This document shows positions 1 to 9,765 of a DNA stretch of 64,000 bases, one piece after another. The notes under the pieces were generated by a model. The model was not told the origin of the DNA and did not search any database. It saw nothing but the letters and a program-made list of their open reading frames with translations. The stretch comes from an uncultured virus (IMG/VR IMGVR_UViG_3300027804_000002) (Duplodnaviria > Heunggongvirae > Uroviricota > Caudoviricetes), in IMG/VR virus record IMGVR_UViG_3300027804_000002. One strand, given 5' to 3'. Position numbers and translations under genes: made by a program. Position 1 is the stretch's first letter, and every line of letters starts with the position of its first letter.

Positions 1-2
1 AC

Positions 3-434
3 TTGCGTTTTGTTGTGTATGTGGTGCGTAAAATGACCGCATGGCATCATGGCAAAGTGCCTGTTGAGGACATATTGGCGATGGGTAACAAAGCCCTACT
101 GATCGCAGCCAAACGATGGCAACCCAAAAACAATGCTAGGTTTGCCACATACGCTAGGTCTTTTATTGAAAAAGGGGTGCGTAGGGACTTAGACAATACG
201 GCTAACCTCATTCGATTACCGATAAACATTATGGAACAAATAAAAAAACTTAACTACAACAAACGAAACTTGACCCAAATATTAGGGCGAGAACCTAAAA
301 TATCTGAGCTGGCGACAATTATGGGGGTGTCTGAGAATAAAATACACCAACTGCAAGGTCACATCAACAAAGAACCTATTTCTTTAAATAATCTTAAACA
401 AGAAAAATATGCAGAGGAAAGCACCGATGATTGA
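3..434 (+). CDS. Sigma-70 family RNA polymerase sigma factor (5' truncated by window edge)
   Basis: Region 2-3-like segment 'EDILAMGNKALLIAAKRW...RFATYARSFIEKGVRRDLDNTANLIRLP...LGREPKISELA' resembles RpoD/RpoS regions 2.1-3. The ORF ends soon after 'PISLN', so region 4 is absent. Confidence 0.85.
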   Translation: MRFVVYVVRKMTAWHHGKVPVEDILAMGNKALLIAAKRWQPKNNARFATYARSFIEKGVRRDLDNTANLIRLPINIMEQIKKLNYNKRNLTQILGREPKISELATIMGVSENKIHQLQGHINKEPISLNNLKQEKYAEESTDD

Positions 435-768
435 ACTTAACCTTGAACAGCAAAGAGCCTATGACCGCTATATAACTGCTCGTAATAAGATGGGTATTGG
501 TTGTAGAACAAAACCAAGGAAATGGATTCCATCAAGGGATTATTTGGCTTGTGTTGATATTGCAGGTATGAACCACCCTATGTTTGTCCAAAACGATGAT
601 TGGGTTGAATACAAAGAGGCATTCTTGGCATGGCTTGAGGTTGAGCCACGATTTAGGCACGAAGAAAGAATGCGGATGAGCCGAGGTGACTACGGCACAC
701 AAGATTCTTGGGATGAACGGGAACGGGGTGTGACCGATAGTTTTTCTAAATTGAAGGAGGAAGAATGA
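427..768 (+). CDS. Hypothetical phage protein
   Basis: ORF 409..768; likely ATG at 427 overlapping the sigma gene stop, preceded by GAGGA. Confidence 0.6.
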   Translation: MIELNLEQQRAYDRYITARNKMGIGCRTKPRKWIPSRDYLACVDIAGMNHPMFVQNDDWVEYKEAFLAWLEVEPRFRHEERMRMSRGDYGTQDSWDERERGVTDSFSKLKEEE

Positions 769-959
769 AAGCCATACCAGTCGATGTTTACGATAAAGAC
801 GGCAACATGATAAAAATTGAGTTCAACGATGGCACAGGTGAGCATATAATCGATGCCCTTTGGGATGAAACCGACCCCCAAACTGCTAAAAACAGGGAGG
901 CTTTCAGGCGGTGGGCTTACATCATGGTTGAAAGAAAAGGCTACGAGATTCTTAAATGA
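765..959 (+). CDS. Hypothetical phage protein
   Basis: ATGA overlap with the upstream ORF; GGAGG RBS. Confidence 0.6.
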   Translation: MKAIPVDVYDKDGNMIKIEFNDGTGEHIIDALWDETDPQTAKNREAFRRWAYIMVERKGYEILK

Positions 960-1117
960 AAGTCGGTGATGACATGGGTAAACCCCATCGAAAGCAAATG
1001 ATTGATTTTGACCCCATCGAGGAGAAAACCCAAAGGTGGGTCAACAGGGCTTTGCTTGCAGTTCTTTTATATCTATCCGCGCATGTTATTTACGCGCTAT
1101 ATAACCAAAAGTTATGA

Positions 1118-1406
1118 TTGTCCAACTTGTCCAACTTCCATTTTCAAAAACCACGAAAGTTGGACAATTTTTTATTGAGCAGAATCAAGGAGTTAATCGA
1201 AAAATTGTCCGACTTGTCCGACTTGTCCGACTTTATTTCACTTTTTTACTCACAGAAAAAAAATTTAAATTTAATAGAGGTATGGTAAATTGTGCAAAGA
1301 AGTTGGACAAGTCGGACAAGTCGGACAATTTTAGAGCCAAGTTGTTGATTTCATGGAATAAAAAAGTGTCCAACTTTATGCCCAAATTGTCCAACTTGTC
1401 CGACTT
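1118..1406. repeat. Iteron-like array of 9-bp TTGTCCRAC repeats, putative replication origin (copy A)
   Basis: Triple direct TTGTCCGAC at ~1205-1231, AT-rich spacer, inverted triple at ~1302-1328, plus flanking copies. Lies directly upstream of the primase-helicase. Confidence 0.75.
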
Positions 1407-1407
1407 C

Positions 1408-1437
1408 TTGACAAATACCCAAAGTTTGCATTAGTAT
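1408..1437 (+). promoter_or_regulatory. Promoter TTGACA-N18-TAGTAT overlapping the TTGCATTAGT motif
   Basis: TTGACA at 1408-1413, TAGTAT at 1432-1437; primase ATG 6 nt downstream. Confidence 0.65.
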
Positions 1438-1443
1438 AGACAC

Positions 1444-3765
1444 ATGAAAATTATGAACACTAAACCACAAACCCTACCCGTACAATTCACCAACATCCCC
1501 ATGGAGTTAAAACGCATCCCCCGTTGGGTGCTATGGAGATATGTAGAAATAGGTGACGAGACTACCAAACGCTGGTCTAAAATACCCACACAGGCAAATG
1601 GACAGTCCGCATCGTCAACCAACCCTGACACTTGGGCAGACTTCCTATCTGTCCAACATGCCTACGAAGACAACCCCAACCGATTTGATGGAGTGGGCTT
1701 TGTGTTCTCAGATCACGACAACCTAGTCGGTATCGATTTGGATGACTGCTACGACCACACACAGAGGGTTTTCACAGATGCTGCACTGCAGCAAATTGCA
1801 GATAAGGTCGATGGCTATATGGAAGTCTCCCCATCTGGCACAGGGGTCAAGATATTCACCAGAGCCGACATGCACTCAGCCCATGTAGACCACGACAAAG
1901 GATTGGAGTGCTACCCCCGTGGACGCTATTTTACGGTCACAGGACACGAGATCAGTGGCAAGGTGCCACCCACCCCTCAAGACCTAACCGATATCGTCCC
2001 TGAGCGCGAAATAAGGCGTACAGGGGACTCGTTTGCGGACTACACACCCCCTGTCGAAGGATATGACATCCACAAGGTCGAAACTGAGATCTTAGCCAAA
2101 CTAGACCCATCGTCAGGCTACACAGACTGGCTGTCTGTTGGATTTGCGCTACACCACCAATTCAACGGCGATATGGAAGCCTTGGAGTTGTGGGATAGAT
2201 GGTCGTATGGGGATGGCAGTGTGCCTAACTACACACCCAACGCATGTGACAAGAAGTGGACAACCTTTAAAGGATCAGGTGCAACCCTACGAAGCCTTAT
2301 ATTTAAAATCAACCAAATGGAGCGGGCAGAAGCCTTAGCATCGGGCGAGATCATTCTCGACCAAGGTGCTATGAACCATGCCCGTACCTTTCTCGAAAAT
2401 CAGTATGTCACAGAGGAAGGCTACCGCCTAGTCCATTATTCGGATGACTTTTATGTGCATGCAAGAACGCACTACGAGATCATGGAAGAGGCAACCATTC
2501 GGTCAGACTTATACAAACTGCTGGACAAATGCAAAAAGCCAGGGAAGAAAGGTGAGTTAGTGCCATTCAACCCATCGCCAGCATCGGTGTCAGCGTGCAT
2601 GGATGCGATCAAGTCCATCGTGCATTTACCCAACCACGCAAACACCCGACCACCGATTTGGTTAGATGCCTATCGTTTAAACAAACCCGAAGCATCCAAA
2701 CTTATCAGTTTGGAGAACGGACTGTTTCACCTCGAAGATCGTGTGTTGATCCCGCACTCATTGGGTTTCTTTACACAGAACTCGTTGCCGTTTGCGTATG
2801 ATCCATCGGCTAAGTGTCCGATATGGGATAACTTTTTAAAGTCTGTATGGACAACCGACCCGCAGTCGATAGAAGCCTTGCAAGAAATGTTTGGTTACAT
2901 CCTCAGTGGTGACACCCGCCAGCAGAAGTTTTTTAACATCATCGGCCCCCGCCGTTCAGGTAAGGGAACAATCAATAAAGTGTTGGTGTCCCTCTTAGGA
3001 CAACACAACACAGTGGCGCCCGAACTAGGAGAACTATGTGATACTTTCGGCTTGCAACCTTGGCTCGGCAAACTGCTGGCTTCTTTTACTGATGCACGCG
3101 CTCCTGAACGTAATCGTTCTGCTGTTGTTAGCCAGCTTCTGCGTATTGTCGGTGGTGATACTATTACGGTTAATAGAAAAAATAAGGAGTCGTGGAACGG
3201 ATACCTCCCCACCAGAATCGTAATCTATTCCAACGAGACCTTGCAATTAACCGAGAACTCAAACGCACTCACAGGGCGAATGATTGTATTGAAGATGACC
3301 AAATCCTTTTACAACCAAGAGGACACTGATCTATCCCACAAGTTATCAAGCGAACTGTCAGGCATTTTTAATTGGGCGATGGAAGGCTTGCAACGCAGAA
3401 TAGATCGTGGCGGTCACTTCATACAACCTGAGAACGGCAAGGATTTAATCGAAGTGATGGCTGAGGCTGGCAACCCAATCGGCGCATTTGCTGAGGAAGT
3501 GCTAACATTCGACCCATCATCGTCAGTGCCAAAGGATCATGTGTTTGCTTGTTTCAAACATTGGGCAACCAAGAAGAACCTGCCATTTGGTACAGAGATG
3601 TCGTTTAAACGCAGATTCTTAGCGGCGACTCAAGAGCATGCAGTCACAGTAACAAAGGCGATGGTAGGCGGTCAGCGCAAACATGTGTACGATGGTATCA
3701 AGTTAAGTGCCAAGGCACAGAAGTATGTTGACCAAAACGTAATTGAAGACGAAGGAGTGTTCTGA
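1444..3765 (+). CDS. Primase-polymerase / PriCT-2 / D5-like SF3 helicase
   Basis: N-terminal 'GIDLDDC...EVSPSGTG' primpol motifs; 'YTDWLSVGFALH...WDRWS' PriCT-2; Walker A 'GPRRSGKGT'. Confidence 0.9.
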   Translation: MKIMNTKPQTLPVQFTNIPMELKRIPRWVLWRYVEIGDETTKRWSKIPTQANGQSASSTNPDTWADFLSVQHAYEDNPNRFDGVGFVFSDHDNLVGIDLDDCYDHTQRVFTDAALQQIADKVDGYMEVSPSGTGVKIFTRADMHSAHVDHDKGLECYPRGRYFTVTGHEISGKVPPTPQDLTDIVPEREIRRTGDSFADYTPPVEGYDIHKVETEILAKLDPSSGYTDWLSVGFALHHQFNGDMEALELWDRWSYGDGSVPNYTPNACDKKWTTFKGSGATLRSLIFKINQMERAEALASGEIILDQGAMNHARTFLENQYVTEEGYRLVHYSDDFYVHARTHYEIMEEATIRSDLYKLLDKCKKPGKKGELVPFNPSPASVSACMDAIKSIVHLPNHANTRPPIWLDAYRLNKPEASKLISLENGLFHLEDRVLIPHSLGFFTQNSLPFAYDPSAKCPIWDNFLKSVWTTDPQSIEALQEMFGYILSGDTRQQKFFNIIGPRRSGKGTINKVLVSLLGQHNTVAPELGELCDTFGLQPWLGKLLASFTDARAPERNRSAVVSQLLRIVGGDTITVNRKNKESWNGYLPTRIVIYSNETLQLTENSNALTGRMIVLKMTKSFYNQEDTDLSHKLSSELSGIFNWAMEGLQRRIDRGGHFIQPENGKDLIEVMAEAGNPIGAFAEEVLTFDPSSSVPKDHVFACFKHWATKKNLPFGTEMSFKRRFLAATQEHAVTVTKAMVGGQRKHVYDGIKLSAKAQKYVDQNVIEDEGVF

Positions 3766-4130
3766 TGATCGCTGGAGTGGGTGTTGATATTGTCAAGGTA
3801 AACAGGTTTAAAAACCTACGAGTGCCGTTAAACATTTTGGGTTTGCATGAACAACAAGAATACGAGCGCAGAGGTAAACCAGCAGACTACCTAGCCACTC
3901 GATTCGCCGCTAAGGAAGCGTTTCTAAAAGCACTTGGGTCTGGCATAAGTCCGATTGCTAACATGGATCTTGTGCAGTTGTTAAATGACGACAACGGGCG
4001 CCCGTATTTTGCGCTCAATGGCTGGGTGTATGACTTTGTAAAGAAAAACAAATATTACCCGCATGTAAGCGTAAGTGACGAAGAGGATGTGGTGGCGGTG
4101 TTTGTAACCATTGAGAAACGCAGACGATGA
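3765..4130 (+). CDS. acpS: Holo-ACP synthase (AcpS-type 4'-phosphopantetheinyl transferase)
   Basis: 'GVGVDIV', 'LATRFAAKEAFLKALGSG', 'NGRP', 'VSVSDE' motifs; 121 aa. Confidence 0.92.
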   Translation: MIAGVGVDIVKVNRFKNLRVPLNILGLHEQQEYERRGKPADYLATRFAAKEAFLKALGSGISPIANMDLVQLLNDDNGRPYFALNGWVYDFVKKNKYYPHVSVSDEEDVVAVFVTIEKRRR

Positions 4131-4375
4131 AACCTTTTCGTTTTAAGAAAACCATTTTGCGCAACGGTTTTACCAGCATATTTGGTAAAGTAGGTAAACG
4201 GCGCATTGTGTTTATTAGCAAAAATGGGAAACCAAACCACTACAAACGCGCCCGTATGCAGATGTACCGAAGAGCCGCGCAAGGGTGGCGCAACCAAACG
4301 TATGCACGTCTATGTGCTTTAAAGATATACGTAAGATTTGGCAAACGTAAACCATCGAGGAGGTTTGGATTATGA
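4127..4375 (+). CDS. Hypothetical basic protein
   Basis: Overlaps the stop and start of both neighbours. Confidence 0.45.
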   Translation: MKPFRFKKTILRNGFTSIFGKVGKRRIVFISKNGKPNHYKRARMQMYRRAAQGWRNQTYARLCALKIYVRFGKRKPSRRFGL

Positions 4376-4704
4376 ACACACCGGACAGGTGGGTAGTGAT
4401 CGAAGTAATCGCCGGCGACACGCACCTCTACCGCGTGTTTGGTTGTTGGTATGGCGGGTATGCCGGATCAGACTCGTGGCAGATGAATAGTGGCATCGTG
4501 GGCGTAGATGAAGAGAAACAATACTACGACTTTCATGGCGCCTCGGGGTCTGTGTACCGGTGCTACAAACATAATTACGGCTCACACCTGTACGGCGCAT
4601 CAGTGCTCAATAACCTGATCGCCAAGGCAAAGGAGCAGGGCACCACGATCAACATCATGCCGGAAGAAACAAATTGGAAGGAGTTAGTATGTACCACACA
4701 GTGA
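4372..4704 (+). CDS. Conserved phage hypothetical protein
   Basis: 'PDRWVVIE...WYGGYAGSDSWQMNSGI...GASGSVYRC' is a recurring phage protein pattern. Confidence 0.65.
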   Translation: MNTPDRWVVIEVIAGDTHLYRVFGCWYGGYAGSDSWQMNSGIVGVDEEKQYYDFHGASGSVYRCYKHNYGSHLYGASVLNNLIAKAKEQGTTINIMPEETNWKELVCTTQ

Positions 4705-5662
4705 AAGAATATGAGGATGCAGTTAATCGCACACCAATGACCGACGAAGAGATCCGCGTAATGATTATCAACATGAATAAAACCAACCAAATGTGGAGCA
4801 TGCGCGACTTTGTGCGAACAGTTGAAGAATACCACGGGATAAAAAATGAAACCAACCGATGAGTATAAAGTCTGCTCGTTAGAAGAGGCAGAAGAATTTG
4901 CGAAGAGAAGAGAAATGAACAATGAACCAGTAGCGTGGATGTCAAACGGAAAAGAGTTTTATGTTCAGAAGAATTACTGCCCTGACTTTATTCCACTCTA
5001 CACCCATCCAGTAAAAGAATTAACAGATGAGGAAATAGAAGAAATTTATTACAAAGACTTTAACCATGATGGTGAAGATATGCTTGAGTTTGCTAGAGCA
5101 ATACTAAAGAAAGCGAGTGAGAAATGAAAGTTAAAATGATTGATCCACCCAAAGGGTGGTTGTACGGATTTCCTAAAGAGATACCCGAGCACGTCGACAA
5201 CACTGTGCAGTGGCTAATTGAGAACGGCTACCCTGAGAAGTTAGTTAAAGACTTTGGGGATGCTTTTTATGTACGTGGCTGGTATGAGGAAATAGAATGA
5301 ACTTACAAACAATCCATGAAAGAACCGCTAAATGGATTGGGGACACTTGGCAAGTATCCGATGTGCCTAGTTATTATTGGGAAAATGGGTCAATAAAATC
5401 ACCAGCATTTAACACATTGACTCTTGCGTTACAGTGGATAATTAAACATGATGAGGAAAAAATGAAACCAAACTATGTAGCAGAGGCACCGTACCAACCT
5501 GGCTATGAGGATGCCGTAGTCACGGAGCCAAAGCCATTTTTATGCGGAATCTACAAATCAAAACCCCTTACAAATCAAGAGATTATTGGAATTAGAATGC
5601 AAACGGAAGGTGACATAATTGCGTTTGCCCGAGCAATAGAAAAGGCACACGGAATAAAATGA
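4689..5662 (+). CDS. Cluster of four small hypothetical genes (4689-4862, 4846-5127, 5124-5300, 5297-5662)
   Basis: Tightly overlapping ORFs; three contain an '(L/M)TDEEI...F(A/V)RAIE'-type phage motif. Confidence 0.55.
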
Positions 5663-6258
5663 AAAACAAAAAAGCATTGCCGTTTTATATAGCAACCACT
5701 GGTTTTTATGAAGCCAAGGTAAAGGTATGTTTTTCGGATGATTCATTTCAGGCGGCGCTAAAACATTCTAAGATAACAACTAAACATTCAAGCCTAGATG
5801 TCGGTGTAGCAGAGTCGCATTACATCCAACAAGAGGGCACACAAAACGCTATGCTGGCGATTGTGTTTGATCTTAAAGCCATGGAGGACTACGACCCACT
5901 TGAACGTATTGGTGTCATAGTGCATGAGTGTGTGCACACTGTCACCCATGTGTTTGAGTATATTGGGGAAGACGAAGCCAAGATTGGTGATGAAACCCGA
6001 GCCTACTTTACAGAGTATTTGTTTAAACAAGTGTTTGCGGCATACGCAACGGAGCAAGAAAACTATGAGAATTTTAGAAAGCGACATCGAGCAGCATCTG
6101 AGCAAATCCGTGAAAAAATTGAACGGGCTCTCACTGAAATGGTTAAGCACGATATCGGGAGTGCCGGACAGAATAGTGTTCCTGAACCAGCAAGTGTTCC
6201 TAGTGGAACTGAAAACACCGACAGGAAAAATAAGCGAAAGACAAAAGATAGTCTTTGA
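5659..6258 (+). CDS. Hypothetical protein with HExxH motif (possible metallopeptidase)
   Basis: 'VIVHECVHTV...DETRAY'; the C-terminal ~65 codons overlap the VRR-NUC gene. Confidence 0.55.
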   Translation: MKNKKALPFYIATTGFYEAKVKVCFSDDSFQAALKHSKITTKHSSLDVGVAESHYIQQEGTQNAMLAIVFDLKAMEDYDPLERIGVIVHECVHTVTHVFEYIGEDEAKIGDETRAYFTEYLFKQVFAAYATEQENYENFRKRHRAASEQIREKIERALTEMVKHDIGSAGQNSVPEPASVPSGTENTDRKNKRKTKDSL

Positions 6259-6367
6259 CCAACTAGGCGAACAAGGCTTTCCTGTTCACATTTTAAGATC
6301 CAAGGATGACGTAGATGATTTTATTAAACAAGCAATGCCCAAAATGCAAACAGTTAAAAAGCTATAG
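6065..6367 (+). CDS. VRR-NUC domain nuclease
   Basis: 'ESDIEQHL...SGVPDRIV...LVELKTPTGKISERQ'; start at ATG 6065 inside ORF 5924..6367. Confidence 0.88.
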   Translation: MRILESDIEQHLSKSVKKLNGLSLKWLSTISGVPDRIVFLNQQVFLVELKTPTGKISERQKIVFDQLGEQGFPVHILRSKDDVDDFIKQAMPKMQTVKKL

Positions 6368-7205
6368 CGAATTTAATAAAGACAAATACAGACAAGATGA
6401 ATTAAAAACGTATTGTAAACTTTGTGATCGGGAATACTCAGCAAGCTGGTCTAAAAATAATAGAGACAAAGCAAATGCTAAACGTAGTCGGTATCGTGTT
6501 GCAAAATTAAACCGCATGTTAAAATGGGGCAAGTTGCATTTAAAACCGGAAATAGAAGTATGGTATCGCCGAGCACAACTAGCCACAATTTTTATGGAGG
6601 AATTATATGAAGTTGAACATATTGAACCGTTGCAAGGAAAAGATGTATGCGGATTACACGTTCCATGGAATCTAACCTTGCTTACTAAAAAAGAAAACGC
6701 ATCAAAAGGAAACCGACGTGCTAAAGAGAACACAACTACATCAGTATCAGCAGGAGATTATATCCCGGGCGCAGTCGGTGCCGAACTTGGGTCTGTTTCT
6801 ACCCCCTGGACTTGGAAAGACAGCGACGACGCTAACGATTATCGCGGAGCAACTCAAGGGGAAAACTCTTATCGTAGCGCCAAAGAGGGTAGCGGAAACA
6901 GTATGGGAACAGGAAACACAGAAATGGGAACACCTACAACACCTGAAGGTAGCCAAGATATTGGGCACCCCGAGTCAACGGTTAGCAGCGTTGAAGAGTT
7001 CTTCGAGCGTGTACGTAGTCAATCTCGAGAACTTGATATGGTTGTTGGATCAACCAAAGATGCAATTCAACAATCTGATAATCGACGAGTCGAGTCGCTT
7101 CAAAGATCCTTCGACGAAAAGATTCAAGAGCTTGAAGAAACACTTAAAGAGCTTCGAGCGACGTATTATTCTGACAGGGACCCCGACACCTCAAGGGATG
7201 GCTGA
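6315..7205 (+). CDS. HNH homing endonuclease
   Basis: CxxC...CxxC N-terminus and 'EVEHIEPLQGKDVCGLHVPWNLTLLTKKENASKGN'; 3' half overlaps the helicase gene. Confidence 0.8.
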   Translation: MILLNKQCPKCKQLKSYSEFNKDKYRQDELKTYCKLCDREYSASWSKNNRDKANAKRSRYRVAKLNRMLKWGKLHLKPEIEVWYRRAQLATIFMEELYEVEHIEPLQGKDVCGLHVPWNLTLLTKKENASKGNRRAKENTTTSVSAGDYIPGAVGAELGSVSTPWTWKDSDDANDYRGATQGENSYRSAKEGSGNSMGTGNTEMGTPTTPEGSQDIGHPESTVSSVEEFFERVRSQSRELDMVVGSTKDAIQQSDNRRVESLQRSFDEKIQELEETLKELRATYYSDRDPDTSRDG

Positions 7206-8061
7206 CTTGTGGTCACAGGTAGGTATTTTGGATTTGGGGCAAAGATTAGAAACGAGCTTAACGGCGTTCAGGTCAAAGTACCTGACACCGGGGCAGATGA
7301 ACAGGCATACACACGTTGTGTATAAGTGGGCGCTCCAGCCAGGGGCAGACAAAAGGATACAGGATAAGATTAGTGACATATGTTTTAGTCTGCGGGCTGA
7401 GGATTATTTGACACTACCCAAACTAACTAAGTTGTATCACAAAATAGACATAAACCCGGCGGAGCGTAAACAATATGACACACTTACAAAAGACATGGTC
7501 GCTAGTATCAATGGTGAACTCATCACGGCTCCAACAGCGGCAGCACTGGCGGGCAAACTCTTACAGTTCACATCAGGCGCGGTGTATGCAGAAGACGGAA
7601 GCTGGCAAAAAGTACACGATGTTAAATTGGAATACCTTGAGTCGATCATGGAAGAGTCCTCGTCCCCCACACTCGTGTTCTACCACTTCAAGCATGCGCT
7701 TGCGAGAATCCAAGAGAAGTTTCCCGAAGCAGTGGTGCTGGATGATGACAACATCCAAGCGTGGCGTGATGGCAAAATTCGTATGCTCCTTGCCCATCCC
7801 CAGTCCGGGGGTATTGGGCTCAATCTACAGTGCAACGTTGGAGAAACAGCACAGACTGTGTGGTTTGATTTACCATGGAGCTCAGAAAACTACATCCAAG
7901 CCAACGCACGGATTTACAGGCAAGGGCAGGAAAAACCGGTTATCATTCATCATTTGACAATTAGTAAAACAATTGATGAACAAGTGATACGAGTTTTAAA
8001 TGGTAAAATAAGTTTACAAGAAGCGTTATTAGAATCACTTAACATGAAAGAAACAGCATGA
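6718..8061 (+). CDS. SNF2-family helicase
   Basis: 'PGLGKT', 'IIDESS', 'LTGTP', 'GIGLNLQ', 'QANARIYRQGQ'. Confidence 0.92.
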   Translation: MLKRTQLHQYQQEIISRAQSVPNLGLFLPPGLGKTATTLTIIAEQLKGKTLIVAPKRVAETVWEQETQKWEHLQHLKVAKILGTPSQRLAALKSSSSVYVVNLENLIWLLDQPKMQFNNLIIDESSRFKDPSTKRFKSLKKHLKSFERRIILTGTPTPQGMADLWSQVGILDLGQRLETSLTAFRSKYLTPGQMNRHTHVVYKWALQPGADKRIQDKISDICFSLRAEDYLTLPKLTKLYHKIDINPAERKQYDTLTKDMVASINGELITAPTAAALAGKLLQFTSGAVYAEDGSWQKVHDVKLEYLESIMEESSSPTLVFYHFKHALARIQEKFPEAVVLDDDNIQAWRDGKIRMLLAHPQSGGIGLNLQCNVGETAQTVWFDLPWSSENYIQANARIYRQGQEKPVIIHHLTISKTIDEQVIRVLNGKISLQEALLESLNMKETA

Positions 8062-8357
8062 CAGACCAAGAACTGCTACTAATTATGAACGGCATCGTAA
8101 AGGTTGCAAGACCTGTGAGTGCCGATGAATTAAAGATAGAAAGCCTCGACACATTAATTAAAGACACTGGTCTTGATAGCCTGGACTTCTTGATGGTCGG
8201 TGTTTATTTGTCCGACATCTATGGTGTGTCTGAGGAAGACGTCAAACTAATGAAACTCACGGAAGAAAGCACAATCCGCGATGTATTTGAGTTTATGTTT
8301 AAACACTCCACACAAACACCAAAGACCGTAGAAGAGGCACTTGAAAACGTAAAATGA
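8058..8357 (+). CDS. Acyl carrier protein
   Basis: 99 aa and acidic; 'DTGLDSLDFLMVGVYLSDIYGV' phosphopantetheine site (Ser codon 8178-8180); 'TIRDV' helix IV motif. Confidence 0.85.
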   Translation: MTDQELLLIMNGIVKVARPVSADELKIESLDTLIKDTGLDSLDFLMVGVYLSDIYGVSEEDVKLMKLTEESTIRDVFEFMFKHSTQTPKTVEEALENVK

Positions 8358-9463
8358 TCTACTTAACAGACTACCGCACAGTGGCGGCAACCCATACTGA
8401 TTTATTCGATGAAATGTCTTATCCGCAAAGAGCATTCTGGTTTCCAGAATTGTTTGCCAAAAAAGATAGCGGATTAGTTTACGTGCCGCACAAGCTGGCT
8501 GACCGTGTGTTAGATGTGGAACTACTTAGATCACTTAGAGAGCGCAAAGGCAAGACTGCTTTTATCTTGGCATCTGGTAACGCACACTTTGCCGGTATCA
8601 ACCCATACGCTATTAAGAAAAGCCGTTTGACCTATGACTACAAACTACTACCACTCACACTGACGCAGGTGTACGCTGGTCGTATCGGGCAGATGTGCGG
8701 GGCGGACGATTTGATCACAACCGATGCCAGCGCTTGTGCATCCAGCCTCAAAGTTATGTCGGACGTGTGCCAACTGATGACATACCAAGGGTTTGATCGG
8801 GTGTGCGTGTTGGGCGTAGAGGACACTATCAACGACAAGGTATTGCATTTCTTTGGCGAATCGGGCGCGTGTTTGACATACGATAAAGAACAGCAAGGAA
8901 TTAAACCATCTGCGTTTGACCACCATAACGGCGGGTTTTACATCGGTCAGGGCGCAGTGTTTGCCGTCTTTGAGAATGAGAATGTATTAGTTAATAAACC
9001 AAAAGCAAAACTAATAAGCGCTGGTGTGGCTAGTGAACAAAGCACCAACGCAATCGGGCAACGTGAAGATGGGCAAGGTTTTGTAAAAGCCGCCGCCCTA
9101 GCATTACGATCAGGTAACATAAGCACAGAGGAGATACAAATTGTTAAAACGCATGGTACAGGGACTAAGTCAAATAACATGTCTGAGAAAGCGGCTTTAC
9201 AGGCGTTGTTTCATACGCCGTTTATTGCGACATCCTTTAAACAAATAATAGGACATACAATGGGCGCGTCAGGTTTGTTGGAGACCTGTTTGCTATTAGA
9301 TAGTTTGCAATCAGGTATAGTGCCAGCCATTCCAAACCGTACCCAAAAAGATGATGTTTATTTGTCTGAACCCATGATGATTAAACGCAAGCCAAAGATT
9401 TTAAGCCTAGCCGCAGGTATGGGGAACATTTACGCAGCCGCAATTTTTGACACACGAGTATGA
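8354..9463 (+). CDS. Beta-ketoacyl-ACP synthase (FabB/FabF-like ketosynthase)
   Basis: Cys-His-His triad intact: 'ASACASS', 'KTHGTGT', 'SFKQIIGHTMGASG'; 'PSAFD...GFYIGQGA'. Confidence 0.92.
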   Translation: MIYLTDYRTVAATHTDLFDEMSYPQRAFWFPELFAKKDSGLVYVPHKLADRVLDVELLRSLRERKGKTAFILASGNAHFAGINPYAIKKSRLTYDYKLLPLTLTQVYAGRIGQMCGADDLITTDASACASSLKVMSDVCQLMTYQGFDRVCVLGVEDTINDKVLHFFGESGACLTYDKEQQGIKPSAFDHHNGGFYIGQGAVFAVFENENVLVNKPKAKLISAGVASEQSTNAIGQREDGQGFVKAAALALRSGNISTEEIQIVKTHGTGTKSNNMSEKAALQALFHTPFIATSFKQIIGHTMGASGLLETCLLLDSLQSGIVPAIPNRTQKDDVYLSEPMMIKRKPKILSLAAGMGNIYAAAIFDTRV

Positions 9464-9765
9464 TAACAAAACATAAAATCCAAGCAGTTACTCCAAGACT
9501 ATCAGACGAAGACCCAGATCCATTAGAGCAAGATGACGTGGAGGGCACATCCACCCAACTTATTGAAGGCTGGCTACCCTGGGAACCAGATGACATCCAA
9601 GACATCCGTAATTTGATAGAAAACAACATGCCGTTTAAACAACGGGAGGTTTTGCTTGCTTTTTTAAATGGACAGAGTTATAATGAAATACATGTAACCG
9701 AAAAACATTGGCGTTACCATTTCTCAAAAGGTGTAGAGTTTATCAAAAAGGAATTAGGACTATGA
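9460..9765 (+). CDS. Hypothetical protein, possibly a sigma region-4-like HTH
   Basis: 'NMPFKQREVLLAFLNGQSYNEI' resembles 'LPxxQREV...GxSYxEIA'. Confidence 0.5.
   Translation: MITKHKIQAVTPRLSDEDPDPLEQDDVEGTSTQLIEGWLPWEPDDIQDIRNLIENNMPFKQREVLLAFLNGQSYNEIHVTEKHWRYHFSKGVEFIKKELGL

Noticed and set aside
1118..1406. CRISPR array interpretation of the repeats, and of those at 57466-59212
   Set aside because: The units are 9 bp and abutting, or are separated by whole genes. There are no regular 30-40 bp spacers and no cas operon; the Cas4-like gene is a standard phage replication exonuclease.
1114..1434. 106-aa ORF over the repeat array
   Set aside because: The translation (VRLVRLVRL, DKSDKSD) simply mirrors the 9-bp repeats. 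The ORFs at 56068-56319 over copy B have the same problem.
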